A stretch of DNA of 64,000 nt. Source: a virus. A program made the translations under genes and the position numbers. The DNA lies in IMG/VR virus record IMGVR_UViG_3300017605_001118, positions 3,332-67,331 of that record; one strand, given 5' to 3'. The notes under the pieces are model-generated. The model was given only the letters and a program-made list of their open reading frames with translations. It did not search any database and was not told the origin of the DNA. This document shows positions 8,135 through 17,700 of this stretch, in pieces. Every line of letters begins with the position of its first letter. The first letter of the stretch is position 1.

Positions 8135-9476
8135 GTCCCACCTGGACGGGGCGATGATTGCCCTGATGCCGTCTGAGGCGGATGCGAAGCGGCTGGGGGT
8201 CTCCGGCGGGGAGAAGGCGTCCGAGCTGCACCTGACGCTGTTCTTCCTCGGTGACGACGGAAGTTCTTTCTCCGAAGAGGACCGGGCTGCGCTGACCGAA
8301 TGGCTCGGAGATACCTTCGGTGGGTCTGAGGGGCCCGTTCAGGCCAGGGTCTTCGGGGTGAGCCACTGGAACGGTGACGGGGACAAGCCGTGCTGGGTGT
8401 ACACGGTCGGCGACGACATGGAAAACGACAGCGTCTCTTTGACGGACGTCCGAGAAACCGTCGCCTACGCCCTGCGGAAGTCGGACGGAGCCTATCTGGA
8501 CCTCCCCGCCCAGCACACACCCTGGGCACCCCATTTGTGTGCCGCGTACACGGATGACCTGTCGCTGGCCGCTGAGATGGAGAAGCGGTTGGGCCCGGTC
8601 ACGTTCGACCGGGTACGCCTCGCGTTCGCCGGCGACTACACAGACTTTCCTCTCCAGTCCGCCGTGACTGCCGCAGCGGCTCCGTTGCGTAGATCGTTGA
8701 CGGAGCTGGAGACCAGGTCCATGGCGGACTTCGCCCAGATGGATCGTGCGTGGAAGGAAACCGTGAACGCCCTGGCCCGGGACTGGACGGAGATCCTGTC
8801 CGCCCAGCGCGGGGAGATCCGTCGGCAGATCGCGGCAGCCGTGGACTCCGGGGATCCGGACGCTTTGACCAAGGTCGACGTCGACACGGACAAAGGTGCC
8901 GCGTTGTTGACCCGATCCCTTCTCCGGTTCGCCCAGCGTGCCGGCGAGGCCCAGGCCAAAGAGGCTCGCGCTCAGGGGGCCAAGGTCCCGGAGTGGTCGA
9001 TCCCCGAAGACGGCAATGCGGTGACCGCAGCCGCCGGCCGTGAGTTGATCCGGACCATTGCGCAGACAACGGCACGTGCCCTGGGGCTCGGTCTGGTAGG
9101 TTCCGCGATCCGCCGGGCCCAAGCCTTGATCAGTTCACGGCGTACCGGAGCTCAGGTGGCCGACTCGGTTGACGAGCATCTCCGGTCCTTGTCGGACGCG
9201 TCGCTCAGGGAATCCCTGGGTGCTGCGGCGACCATCGCGCAGAACGAGGGGCGCATGGCTGTCCTCACCGTTGCGCCCCCGGCCACGTACGTGAGTACGG
9301 AAGTTTTTGACCGCAACTCATGCCGCCCGTGCAAAGGTGTAGACGGCACCGAGTACGACACCCTGTCGGCGGCGAGGGCCGACTACCCGACCGGCGGGTA
9401 CCGCGACTGTGACGGGTTCAGCCGGTGCCGTGGCACCATCGTGGCTGTATGGCCTCAGGTACCGGAGGGAAGCTAA
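8118..9476 (+). CDS. 2H-phosphoesterase domain fused to MuF-like minor head protein
   Basis: LHLTLFFLG and PHLCAAY (paired 2H motifs); C-terminal DRNSCRPC..DG..Y...C.G..RCRG MuF-like motif; position after portal. Confidence 0.75.
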   Translation: MSVRGESHLDGAMIALMPSEADAKRLGVSGGEKASELHLTLFFLGDDGSSFSEEDRAALTEWLGDTFGGSEGPVQARVFGVSHWNGDGDKPCWVYTVGDDMENDSVSLTDVRETVAYALRKSDGAYLDLPAQHTPWAPHLCAAYTDDLSLAAEMEKRLGPVTFDRVRLAFAGDYTDFPLQSAVTAAAAPLRRSLTELETRSMADFAQMDRAWKETVNALARDWTEILSAQRGEIRRQIAAAVDSGDPDALTKVDVDTDKGAALLTRSLLRFAQRAGEAQAKEARAQGAKVPEWSIPEDGNAVTAAAGRELIRTIAQTTARALGLGLVGSAIRRAQALISSRRTGAQVADSVDEHLRSLSDASLRESLGAAATIAQNEGRMAVLTVAPPATYVSTEVFDRNSCRPCKGVDGTEYDTLSAARADYPTGGYRDCDGFSRCRGTIVAVWPQVPEGS

Positions 9477-11191
9477 TGCCCTGGAATGTCCGTAAGGACC
9501 ACCCCGACTGCCCTGCGGACACTCCGTACGCCGTGGTCAAAGAAGCCGATGACAGCGTAGAGGGCTGCCACGCCACGCAGGAGGAAGCTGACGCTCAGGT
9601 CGCTGCGCTGTACGCGTCCGAAGGTGAGATGGCTGCGACGACCGCTCCGTGGGAAGGCGTCCTCGCTGTCGAGGGCATCACGACGGGGGACGGCCGCGAG
9701 TTCGCCCCCGACGCCCTGACGTGGGCGGAGCTTCCCATCCCGTTGCGCTGGAACAAGGAAGACTCCCACGGCGGCGAACCCCACACAGTAGCTGTCAACG
9801 TGGGCCGCATTGACAAGATCTGGCGGGACGGTTCTCAGATCATGGCCTCGGGCGTCCTGAATCTGAGGGTGGCGGACGGGCAGCAAGTCCACCAGATGAT
9901 CGAAGACAAGATGATCCGCGGCGTGTCCATCGACGCCGATTCCATCGCGGACCCAGACGTCGAGTACGTGTGGCCGGAGGACATGGCCACGGGTGACGAC
10001 GCGGACCCCCTGGAGATGCTGTTCGCCCAGCCGGAGAAGATCATCTTCCACGGTGGGCGGATCCGCGCCGCAACGCTGGTGGACATCCCCGCGTTCGCGG
10101 AAGCGTTCATCGCGTTGACCGCCGGAGGCTCTGTTGCGTTGACCGCCGTTGCGTCCCACGACACCGCAACGTCCGAGGCAACGTGGGACGGCCCCGCCAA
10201 CGAGGCTCGTCTCGATTCTCCGTTGAGCGTTGAGACGGCGCGCAACGCGTACGCGTGGATCGACATGGACCGCGTTGAGGACGGGACGGTCCCCAAGGAC
10301 GCGGGCCGTTTCATCCACCACGAGGTCAACGCCGATGGGACGCCCGGGGCAGCCAACCTCACCGCGTGCTCAACAGGCATCGGCGTCCTCAACGGGGGCC
10401 GCGGGGGAACGGCAATCCCGGACTCCGACATGCAAGGCGTCTACGACCACCTCGCGTCTCACCTCCGGGACGCCGACAAGGAACCGCCCGAGGCGACGTT
10501 CGGGATTCCCGCCGCAGTCGTTGCACACGCGGCCCCGGGCTGGACACCGCCCGCAGCCTGGTTCTCCGACCCCCGTCTGTCCGTCCCCACTCCGATCACG
10601 GTGTCCGCTGACGGGCGCCTATACGGACATGCGGCGCAGTGGGGCGAGTGTCACATCGGGCAGACAGGTGTCTGTGTCGCCCCGCCCCACGAGACGGAGC
10701 ACCCGTACTTCATGACCGGCTCGGTCACCCTGGACAACGGCACCGAAGTGTCCGTGGGACAGATCACGGTCGGCACCTCCCACGCCCCTCTGTCCATGGG
10801 GGCCGCCCCGGCGTCCCAGCACTACGACCACACCGGTTGGGCTGTTGCTGACGTGGTGGTCGGCAACGACGATCTCGGTATCTGGGTGGCCGGCGCTGTC
10901 CGCCCCAACGCGGACGCGATGAAGGTGCACGAGCTGAAGGCCGCCGGCCAGGTGTCCGGGGACTGGCGCCGCATCGGGGGCCAGCTCCGCATGGTCGGCC
11001 TGCTGGCCGTCAACGTCCCCGGGTTCCCCGTCCCGAAGATGCGGGCCCGTGTGGCGTCCGGCGTACAGCACGCGCTGGTGGCTGCGGGCCGGTTGAATCT
11101 GGGTACAGCTCTCAGTGAAGAGGAACAGGACGTGGCCGCGATGCGTCGTGTCCTGAATATGCTCAGCGTCCAAGTACATCAGGGGAGGTGA
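9476..11191 (+). CDS. capsid maturation protease / scaffold
   Basis: TAATG coupling; EG..TGDGR.F, PIPL, H, VGRIDKI, RGVSID, AATLVDIPAF of HK97-type protease; SGDWR...L..NVPGFP C-terminal domain. Confidence 0.8.
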   Translation: MPWNVRKDHPDCPADTPYAVVKEADDSVEGCHATQEEADAQVAALYASEGEMAATTAPWEGVLAVEGITTGDGREFAPDALTWAELPIPLRWNKEDSHGGEPHTVAVNVGRIDKIWRDGSQIMASGVLNLRVADGQQVHQMIEDKMIRGVSIDADSIADPDVEYVWPEDMATGDDADPLEMLFAQPEKIIFHGGRIRAATLVDIPAFAEAFIALTAGGSVALTAVASHDTATSEATWDGPANEARLDSPLSVETARNAYAWIDMDRVEDGTVPKDAGRFIHHEVNADGTPGAANLTACSTGIGVLNGGRGGTAIPDSDMQGVYDHLASHLRDADKEPPEATFGIPAAVVAHAAPGWTPPAAWFSDPRLSVPTPITVSADGRLYGHAAQWGECHIGQTGVCVAPPHETEHPYFMTGSVTLDNGTEVSVGQITVGTSHAPLSMGAAPASQHYDHTGWAVADVVVGNDDLGIWVAGAVRPNADAMKVHELKAAGQVSGDWRRIGGQLRMVGLLAVNVPGFPVPKMRARVASGVQHALVAAGRLNLGTALSEEEQDVAAMRRVLNMLSVQVHQGR

Positions 11192-11196
11192 TCCAT

Positions 11197-11250
11197 TTGT
11201 GTTCTTGTCGCCAGAAGCCCCCGCCCCCGCCCCCTCCGCCGGCTCAGTGA
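11197..11250 (+). CDS. 17-aa peptide MCSCRQKPPPPPPPPAQ
   Basis: Strong GGAGGTGA RBS, TTG start, stop just before terminator. Confidence 0.5.
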   Translation: MCSCRQKPPPPPPPPAQ

Positions 11251-11256
11251 ACAACG

Positions 11257-11288
11257 AAGGCCCCGCAGCACCCGGCTGCGGGGCCTTC
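11257..11288. terminator. hairpin between convergent genes
   Basis: GAAGGCCCCGCAGC...GCTGCGGGGCCTTC. Confidence 0.75.
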
Positions 11289-11298
11289 ACGGTTGCGG

Positions 11299-12075
11299 TC
11301 AGGATTCGTTCAACGTCAGGGACACCTCGGGCCACGCCTTCCCCTCAGCGGGCATCAGCGTCACGGCCGTGACGCGCCAGCCGCTCAGCTCGGTCTCGAA
11401 GAGATCGAGTCCCGAGGCATCGATCGGCAGTGCCGCCACTTCCTCCTTGGACAGGACTCGCCCCTGATGGAGGAGCTTCATCCCGTCTTCAGCGATGTTG
11501 TCGGCGTCGAGTGCTCCGACGATTCGCCCGGCCCGGATGTCCGAGCGGGTCTTCTCCGCATCCGGATGGCTGTCGTTGAGCCGGCCGCTGTAGCGGATCA
11601 GATCTCCGTCCCGCCACATGCGGTCAATGTGCCCGATACCGGACTCTCCGGGACGAACGAGGGGGAGAGGCAGCGGACGCGTAAGTTCCGGACCAGGTTC
11701 GCCGAGGCGGCGCCGGTCTGAAGAGGTGGTGTGGAGGACGGCAAGGATTCCCGTGAAGCCGGTCGGGTGCATCCGCAGACCGGGCGGGGCCTTCGGCGGC
11801 CACGTTCCCCCTTGAGCCTCGACCCGTTCCCGCATGGACGCGAAGACGTCGTCCAGCGACATGCGCTCATCCGCAAGAACTGCTTCGTCCCAGGAGTAGC
11901 GGCAACGGGTGCACTCGCGGTGCAGGCGCTCGTTCGGTTCGTAGCCGAGGACGTCATCGATCGCGTCATGAAGGCACATGCCGTGGGCTCGATACCGGAC
12001 GGTTGCCTCGGTGTTCCCGCACTTGATGCAGACGGTCTCTTCGCCGCTGAACGGCGGAAGGTCGGGATCTGTCAT
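11299..12075 (-). CDS. Zn-ribbon protein with C-terminal domain paralogous to the capsid protease
   Basis: CIKC/CTRC N-terminus; PLPL..GHIDRMWRDG...SGRLN...DADNIA...RVTAVTL aligns with 9476-11191. Confidence 0.7.
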   Translation of the reverse strand: MTDPDLPPFSGEETVCIKCGNTEATVRYRAHGMCLHDAIDDVLGYEPNERLHRECTRCRYSWDEAVLADERMSLDDVFASMRERVEAQGGTWPPKAPPGLRMHPTGFTGILAVLHTTSSDRRRLGEPGPELTRPLPLPLVRPGESGIGHIDRMWRDGDLIRYSGRLNDSHPDAEKTRSDIRAGRIVGALDADNIAEDGMKLLHQGRVLSKEEVAALPIDASGLDLFETELSGWRVTAVTLMPAEGKAWPEVSLTLNES

Positions 12076-12091
12076 TCCTCGCTCCTTCGGG

Positions 12092-12532
12092 TCAGGCTCC
12101 GTTGTGGAGCCACTTGCCCACGTCGCTGCCCAGCGCCGCTCGTTCACTCGCGGCCCGGTACGCCTCAATTTCCCCCATCATCGCGGAGTGCTTTCGACGC
12201 TCTTCCCGAATGAACTCCGCCACGCCGGGCAGCACCTGGAACTGCGGGTCCGAGAACACCGGGATTGTGTAGCCGATCTGCTTCGGGCCGTCCAGGAAGT
12301 ACAACTGGTTGTGGCCGAGGCCGCCGCTTACGTACCGGAGCCCGGCGGGCACGATGATGCGCACGGCGCGGGCGCCGCACTCGTCCCCGAGGGTGAAGTC
12401 GCGGGTGGCTGTGAGCCAGACCTGCCGGGACCAGGGGTAGTCGTAGGAGTGGGTCGGCTGGTTGCCTTTGTTGATCCAGGCGCGCAGCCAGGTCAGGTAT
12501 TCGTCAAGGTCTGCGGGTCGCAGGGCGCTCAT
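12092..12532 (-). CDS. hypothetical protein
   Basis: AGGAG RBS before ATG 12532; downstream of diverged promoter copy. Confidence 0.7.
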   Translation of the reverse strand: MSALRPADLDEYLTWLRAWINKGNQPTHSYDYPWSRQVWLTATRDFTLGDECGARAVRIIVPAGLRYVSGGLGHNQLYFLDGPKQIGYTIPVFSDPQFQVLPGVAEFIREERRKHSAMMGEIEAYRAASERAALGSDVGKWLHNGA

Positions 12533-12607
12533 CTGGTCTCCTAGGTCTGATCGGTCGGCAGTCCGGCGCCTTGCGCTGCCATCCAGTGGCTCTCGTCGGC
12601 GCCGGAC

Positions 12608-12650
12608 TTCCTTACGAGTCAATTAAAACACAGATTCTCAGCCAGGTCTA
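12608..12650 (-). promoter_or_regulatory. diverged copy of repeated promoter
   Basis: TCAATTAAAACACAGATTcTCAG matches 38062 and 38788 copies. Confidence 0.65.
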
Positions 12651-12765
12651 CTCCCGTCTTTGATTTAGTCGCATTGATTAAAGAAAGTCCGTTCTTTGCC
12701 GGTTTGGGTTTCGCTGCTACCTTGGCGCTGTACAGGACCCATAGCTGACGCAAGCGGAGGCCGGA

Positions 12766-14565
12766 GTGCCGGAGCACGAGCTTTTCAAAGCACCCCAGGA
12801 TCTCAAGCAGGTCAGTGATGCGGACCTGGCTAATCTGGAGACCCAGGGCGTAGCCGAGTTCGATCGGATCAAGGCGTCGGAGCAGGTCACCCCCGAAGCC
12901 CTCACGTACGCCATGGGTATCCCCGGAGACCTGGACCGCGTCCGCGCCGAACTCGCCGCGCGCAAGGTCCGCAACGACACAGCTGCCGAAGCGGAACGGC
13001 TCCGAGTCGAAAGTGCGATGGCAGGCGCAAGCGCCCGTGTCCACGGCACCGAAGTCCCCGGCCTGATCCCCGCGGCTCCGGGGGCCGCTCCTGCGACCGG
13101 TTCCGTCGACGTCGAAGCCATCGCAGCCGCCGCAGCCAAGGGCGCCACCGCCGCACTGTTCACGGTTATCAGTGACCGCGGCGGGCGCATGGACGCGGGT
13201 ACCGCGCAACAGCGCGTGGCCGCCAGTCTCGGTGAGACCGCCCGTATCGCCCCGGTCCCGAACGTCCCCAAGGCCCAGCTCACGGTGACCGCCGCGCTGG
13301 AGATCCCCGGCGTCGTACAGGGGCAGAAGCTCCCGTCCATCTCGTCCCTGGCAGAAGCGTTCCAGAAGCGAGCCAAGTCCCTGTCGGTGTCCCGCTCCGG
13401 TGCCCCCGAGGGCCCCGTCGTAGCGACGATCCGCAACGAGTTCACCGACACGGTGGACGACCGCACCTCCCCCGCCCAGGTGGAGGAGTTGTTCCGTTCC
13501 CTGCGGTCCAAGTCCAACCAGGACGCGCTGGTGGCCGGCGGTGGTTGGTGCGCCCCCTCCGAGATCCGGTACGACTTCTTCAACGTCTCCTGTTCGGACG
13601 GTCTCATCGACCTGCCGACCTTCGGTGTCTCTCGCGGCGGCATCCGCTTCCCCGTGTCCCCGTCGCTGGCCAGCGCCGTGTGGACCGTGGGTGGCGTCGC
13701 CAACCAGAACCTCGCAGGGTTCGGGACCACGTTCTCCAACACCTCCATGCCGTGGCTGTGGACCGAGGCGGATGACATCCTCACCGTCACTGGTTCGGTG
13801 AACAAGCCGTGTGTCCGGGTTCCTTGTCCTTCGTTTTCCGAGGCCCGGCTGGAGTGCTACGGCATCTGCCTCACCGCCGGAAACCTCACCGACGACGCCT
13901 ACCCCGAGGCGACAGAGAACACGATTCGCCTCCTGATGGCCGCCCACGACAGGGCCATCAACGGGCGCCTGATCTCCCAGATGGTGGCTCTGTCGACCAC
14001 TGTCGCAACGGGCATCGGCGTGGACACCGGCGGCCCGGTGTACCAGCAGGTACTGGGCTCGGTGAACCTCGCGGCGACCGACTACCGCGAATCCCTCGGC
14101 ATGTGCATCGATGACGTGCTTGAGGTGATCCTCCCCCACTGGATCGTCCCCATGATCCAGTCGGACCTGGCCTGGCGTACCGGCGCGGACACCATGCTCT
14201 CGGTCACCAAGGCCCAGATCATCAGCTACTTCGCCGACCGTAACGTCCGCGTCCAGTTCGTGGACGACTGGCAAGTGCGCGCAGCCGGACTCCCCGGTGC
14301 GACTACGCCGCTCATCGCATGGCCCACCACGGTCAACATGATGATCTACGCAGCCGGTACGTTCATGCGCGGCACGGGCCTGTCCCTGGACCTCGGTGTC
14401 ATCCGTGACTCGGTCCTGAACGCGGAGAACGACTACACCGCGGCCTGGACCGAAGAGTGCAACCTGATCGCGCTGGTCGGCCACTCGTCCCGGATCTACC
14501 CGATCAACTTCGCGGTCACCGGTCAGACCGGGGCCGCAGCCGCACCCGCCACTGCCGCTGTCTGA
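12766..14565 (+). CDS. major capsid protein (hexamer-type, N-terminal scaffold-like region)
   Basis: GGAGG RBS; ALVAGGGWCAPSEIRYD motif, SRGGIRF, KPCVRVPCP, DSVLNAENDY. Confidence 0.88.
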   Translation: MPEHELFKAPQDLKQVSDADLANLETQGVAEFDRIKASEQVTPEALTYAMGIPGDLDRVRAELAARKVRNDTAAEAERLRVESAMAGASARVHGTEVPGLIPAAPGAAPATGSVDVEAIAAAAAKGATAALFTVISDRGGRMDAGTAQQRVAASLGETARIAPVPNVPKAQLTVTAALEIPGVVQGQKLPSISSLAEAFQKRAKSLSVSRSGAPEGPVVATIRNEFTDTVDDRTSPAQVEELFRSLRSKSNQDALVAGGGWCAPSEIRYDFFNVSCSDGLIDLPTFGVSRGGIRFPVSPSLASAVWTVGGVANQNLAGFGTTFSNTSMPWLWTEADDILTVTGSVNKPCVRVPCPSFSEARLECYGICLTAGNLTDDAYPEATENTIRLLMAAHDRAINGRLISQMVALSTTVATGIGVDTGGPVYQQVLGSVNLAATDYRESLGMCIDDVLEVILPHWIVPMIQSDLAWRTGADTMLSVTKAQIISYFADRNVRVQFVDDWQVRAAGLPGATTPLIAWPTTVNMMIYAAGTFMRGTGLSLDLGVIRDSVLNAENDYTAAWTEECNLIALVGHSSRIYPINFAVTGQTGAAAAPATAAV

Positions 14566-14625
14566 TCCCCCTGACCGAGTCGGGGCAAGCCCCTCACTTG
14601 CCCCGGCTTACAGAAGGGAGGGGGC

Positions 14626-15513
14626 ATGGCAGGAGCACGGCCGATCGTGGCCGGGCCGACGTTCACCGCTCTGCCCTACGGTCTGTGGGACGCGGTGCAG
14701 AAGCCGTCCCCGGACCCTCACTGGCGGCAGGGAATCACGTACATCGACCGCTGCCCGGACCTGGCGACCACGTACGACGAATGTCTGACGGTCACGGGAA
14801 CCGGTGGCCCTCCGCCGGCCCCGCCCCTGAAGACAGACAACGTCGATCAACGGTTCCGGGGGGCGACCCCATTCACGGTGTACGCAGAGTTCGATTGCTC
14901 ACCGATCGGACTGACCGACGCTGAACGGGCCGCGGTCGATGCTCTGGACCGCATGGAGTCCTGGCAGGTCGAACGCGTCTTCTCCACCGGGATGATTGAC
15001 GGCATCACGGGTCAGTTCCCTCACCTGGCCGCCAACGCGGAAGTCCTTGACGCGCAAGGACTGGTTCTCCAGACTGCTGCCTCTGTCCTGGTCACCGGTT
15101 CCGGTGTCGACGTCGCGGACGGGCTCGGGCGTGTCGAGGCCGAACTGGCAGCCTGCTATGGGGGCCAGGGGCTTATCCACATCCCTGCTTCCGCGCTGCC
15201 GACGTTCGCAGCCTGGGGCCTCGCCGTGGTCCGGGACGGAGCGTTGTTCACCCCTCGGGGTAACCGGCTGGTGGTGGGCAACGGGTACGCCAACACCTCT
15301 CCGGCCGGCGTTGCAGCACCTGCCGGGTCAGCCTGGATTTACGCAACCGGGGCCATGTTCGGGTACCGCTCCGAGGTGTTCGTCACCCAGGCCGCGGAGT
15401 CGTTCGACCGGGCCGAGAACACGATGAAAATGCTTGCCGAGCGCACGTACTTGCTGGCGTTCTCTTGCTGCCATATCGCCGCCCTGGTCGACCTGGGCGT
15501 TCCCGTCACCTAG
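14626..15513 (+). CDS. second capsid protein (pentamer-type) or capsid accessory protein
   Basis: Follows MCP; PYGLW, HW..G, PFTVYA..DCS motifs, AERTY end. Confidence 0.65.
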   Translation: MAGARPIVAGPTFTALPYGLWDAVQKPSPDPHWRQGITYIDRCPDLATTYDECLTVTGTGGPPPAPPLKTDNVDQRFRGATPFTVYAEFDCSPIGLTDAERAAVDALDRMESWQVERVFSTGMIDGITGQFPHLAANAEVLDAQGLVLQTAASVLVTGSGVDVADGLGRVEAELAACYGGQGLIHIPASALPTFAAWGLAVVRDGALFTPRGNRLVVGNGYANTSPAGVAAPAGSAWIYATGAMFGYRSEVFVTQAAESFDRAENTMKMLAERTYLLAFSCCHIAALVDLGVPVT

Positions 15514-15525
15514 AAGGGGTCAATC

Positions 15526-16215
15526 ATGGCCACGTCAAGCTGTGCAACCCCGATCAAGGGGACGGCGCTCCGTATCGTCAAGCTGGACGCCTGCGGCAAC
15601 CCGGTCACCGGGGCCTCCTCCCTGGTAGTCGTCACCAAATCGTTCGTCCAGGTCCAGATGGAGCCGCAGTACGAGGACGGCGTCGAGTTCTTCGAGCGGA
15701 CCGCCGACGGGTCGATCTGCGTCAACCAGAAGGACGACCCGGCGCTGAAAAGGTTCAACCTGACCATCGACTTTTGTGAGGTCAACGTCTCCGGCGTTGC
15801 CTTCGTGACATCTGCCCGGGAACTGACTCTGGGTACGCCGACCACGGGTTACGGTTTCGCGGTCGCCGAAGGCGTGGCCGCCAACCGGTTCTCCCTTGAG
15901 GTGTGGCAGCAGGTAGCCGGCTCCGGGGCCTGCGACGCCTCGGGGGCGCAGCGGTACATCTACAACGCCTGGCCGAACGTGGGCGCCGCACAGTTCGGCA
16001 GCTACACGATCGAGAACGGCCGGTCCACGCTCCAGATCACCGCGGAGACCCGGGCAGCATCCGCAACAGTGATCACAGGGTGGCTGGACGGCCCGGGAAC
16101 GGGAACCTCGTGGCTACCCGCCGGAATCACGGCGGAGAGTGATGAGCACTGGCTGTGGAACATCACAACGACGGCACCTCCGACACCTCAGTGCAACCCG
16201 ACGCTGCTGACCTGA
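15526..16215 (+). CDS. major tail protein
   Basis: IKG..LRIVKLDACG.PV, E..ERTADG.ICV, FSLEVW, T..PP end. Confidence 0.8.
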   Translation: MATSSCATPIKGTALRIVKLDACGNPVTGASSLVVVTKSFVQVQMEPQYEDGVEFFERTADGSICVNQKDDPALKRFNLTIDFCEVNVSGVAFVTSARELTLGTPTTGYGFAVAEGVAANRFSLEVWQQVAGSGACDASGAQRYIYNAWPNVGAAQFGSYTIENGRSTLQITAETRAASATVITGWLDGPGTGTSWLPAGITAESDEHWLWNITTTAPPTPQCNPTLLT

Positions 16216-16216
16216 G

Positions 16217-16678
16217 ATGACGCTGCCTCTGTACTCCGTGGCGCTGTTCTTCCCCGGCGGGAACGAAGCGGCGAACTGGCCCGTGCCCATCTCGGTGCGG
16301 GCCTCCAACCAGGACGCCCTCGTCTTCGCCGACGCCGCCGGGGACGAACCGCTGGACAACCCGGTGACCACGGACTCGATGGGTGTCGCCTCGTTCTACG
16401 CGGCCCCGGGGGACTATGTCGCCTTTTTGGCCGGGGAGTTCTTCCAGGTACAGGTGGACGAATCGGAAACGGAGCCGGTGTACCCGGGTCTGTACGTCCA
16501 CGAACAGGCGACGCCGGCAACGGCGTGGATCATCGCCCACCACTTCGGCGTGGAACCCGCCGTGGACGTCCTGCTGGCCGGGGAAGCCACGGAAGGTGCC
16601 GTGTCCCACACGGACGCGGAGCACACCGTCATCACGTTCGGGTCGGCCGTAGCAGGCACAGCACATCTGCGGAGGTGA
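16217..16678 (+). CDS. virion structural protein
   Basis: In structural operon; NPVTTD..G...FYA and HEQATPATAW.I.H..G..P motifs. Confidence 0.65.
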   Translation: MTLPLYSVALFFPGGNEAANWPVPISVRASNQDALVFADAAGDEPLDNPVTTDSMGVASFYAAPGDYVAFLAGEFFQVQVDESETEPVYPGLYVHEQATPATAWIIAHHFGVEPAVDVLLAGEATEGAVSHTDAEHTVITFGSAVAGTAHLRR

Positions 16679-16681
16679 GTC

Positions 16682-17020
16682 ATGTCCGGAATCCAGTTCG
16701 GTAACCAGATCGACATGAACGGGTTCAAGGTCACTGAACTCGGTCCGGGTGTCGCGGGCACCGACGCTGTCAACGTGAACCAGCTCAGTGCGGGTTCACC
16801 GCAAGGATTCGCGCAAGATATCGGCAACGGGTCCGCAACATCTTTCACGGTCACGCACGGCTTCAGCACCTTCGACGTAATCGTGCAGGTCTATCAGAAC
16901 TCCGACGGCGCCGAGATCTACGCGGACGTGAAACGCAACGCCGAGGACGACGTGACGATCGCTTTCGGGTCCGCTCCGACCACCAACCAGTACCGCGTCC
17001 TGATCATCCCGGTTCCCTGA
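16682..17020 (+). CDS. virion structural protein (fibre/whisker-like)
   Basis: IDMNG.KVT.L..G...TDAVN..QL motif; FTVTH. Confidence 0.65.
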   Translation: MSGIQFGNQIDMNGFKVTELGPGVAGTDAVNVNQLSAGSPQGFAQDIGNGSATSFTVTHGFSTFDVIVQVYQNSDGAEIYADVKRNAEDDVTIAFGSAPTTNQYRVLIIPVP

Positions 17021-17691
17021 TGTCCGTACTCCTGCGGCACCTGGCCCGCCTTTTCGCCACCGCGTCCAATCCGGCGTCCCCGGCAGCCGGGGACCTGTGG
17101 TGGCGGTCCAATGTGGCCCAGGTACACGCCTCTGACGGAGGGTCCGGGCTCCCTATCCAGGTGGGTCCCTTCGGGAACCTGCCCGTGATCCGGTCCACCG
17201 CGTGGCACAACCTGCCGCCGCAGGGGAACCCGGGAACCGCGACCGTACCTGCTGACCGCCTGTTCGCCCTTCCCTTCTGGCCCGGAAGGTCGTGCACGCT
17301 GACAGCGGCCGCGGTGAACGTGACGCTGGCTCTGGTGGGAGGGAACATCCGCATGGGCCTGTACGCCTCGGACGGGGTCCTGCCGACGTCCCTGGTCGCC
17401 GACTACGGAACGGTCACCGTCGGCGTCACCGGAATCCGCCAGATCTCCGGGCTGTCCACCGCAGTGAGACCGGTCCTCCACTACCTGGGCATCGCCCGGC
17501 AGGGCGGAGTCCTGAACCTCGGCCTGTCAGCGAGGGACACCTGGGAACCGATCGTCTCCGAAACCAGCCCCATCCTGGACTCCAACCGGAACGCCTTTTA
17601 CCGGGACGGGGTCAGCGGCGCCCTTCCGTCCACCTTCGGCGCCCCGGTCGGAACAGCCCAGGGACCCTCGGCCTCGGTCCAGCTCACGTAA
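17020..17691 (+). CDS. virion structural protein
   Basis: TGATG coupling; P.SPAAGDLW repeat motif typical of fibre proteins. Confidence 0.65.
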   Translation: MSVLLRHLARLFATASNPASPAAGDLWWRSNVAQVHASDGGSGLPIQVGPFGNLPVIRSTAWHNLPPQGNPGTATVPADRLFALPFWPGRSCTLTAAAVNVTLALVGGNIRMGLYASDGVLPTSLVADYGTVTVGVTGIRQISGLSTAVRPVLHYLGIARQGGVLNLGLSARDTWEPIVSETSPILDSNRNAFYRDGVSGALPSTFGAPVGTAQGPSASVQLT

Positions 17692-17700
17692 GGGAAGGTC

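Noticed and set aside
12619-14484. Long antisense ORFs (also 22147-23952, 53383-55503, 26744-28165)
   Set aside because: Shadow frames of real high-GC genes, with no motifs.
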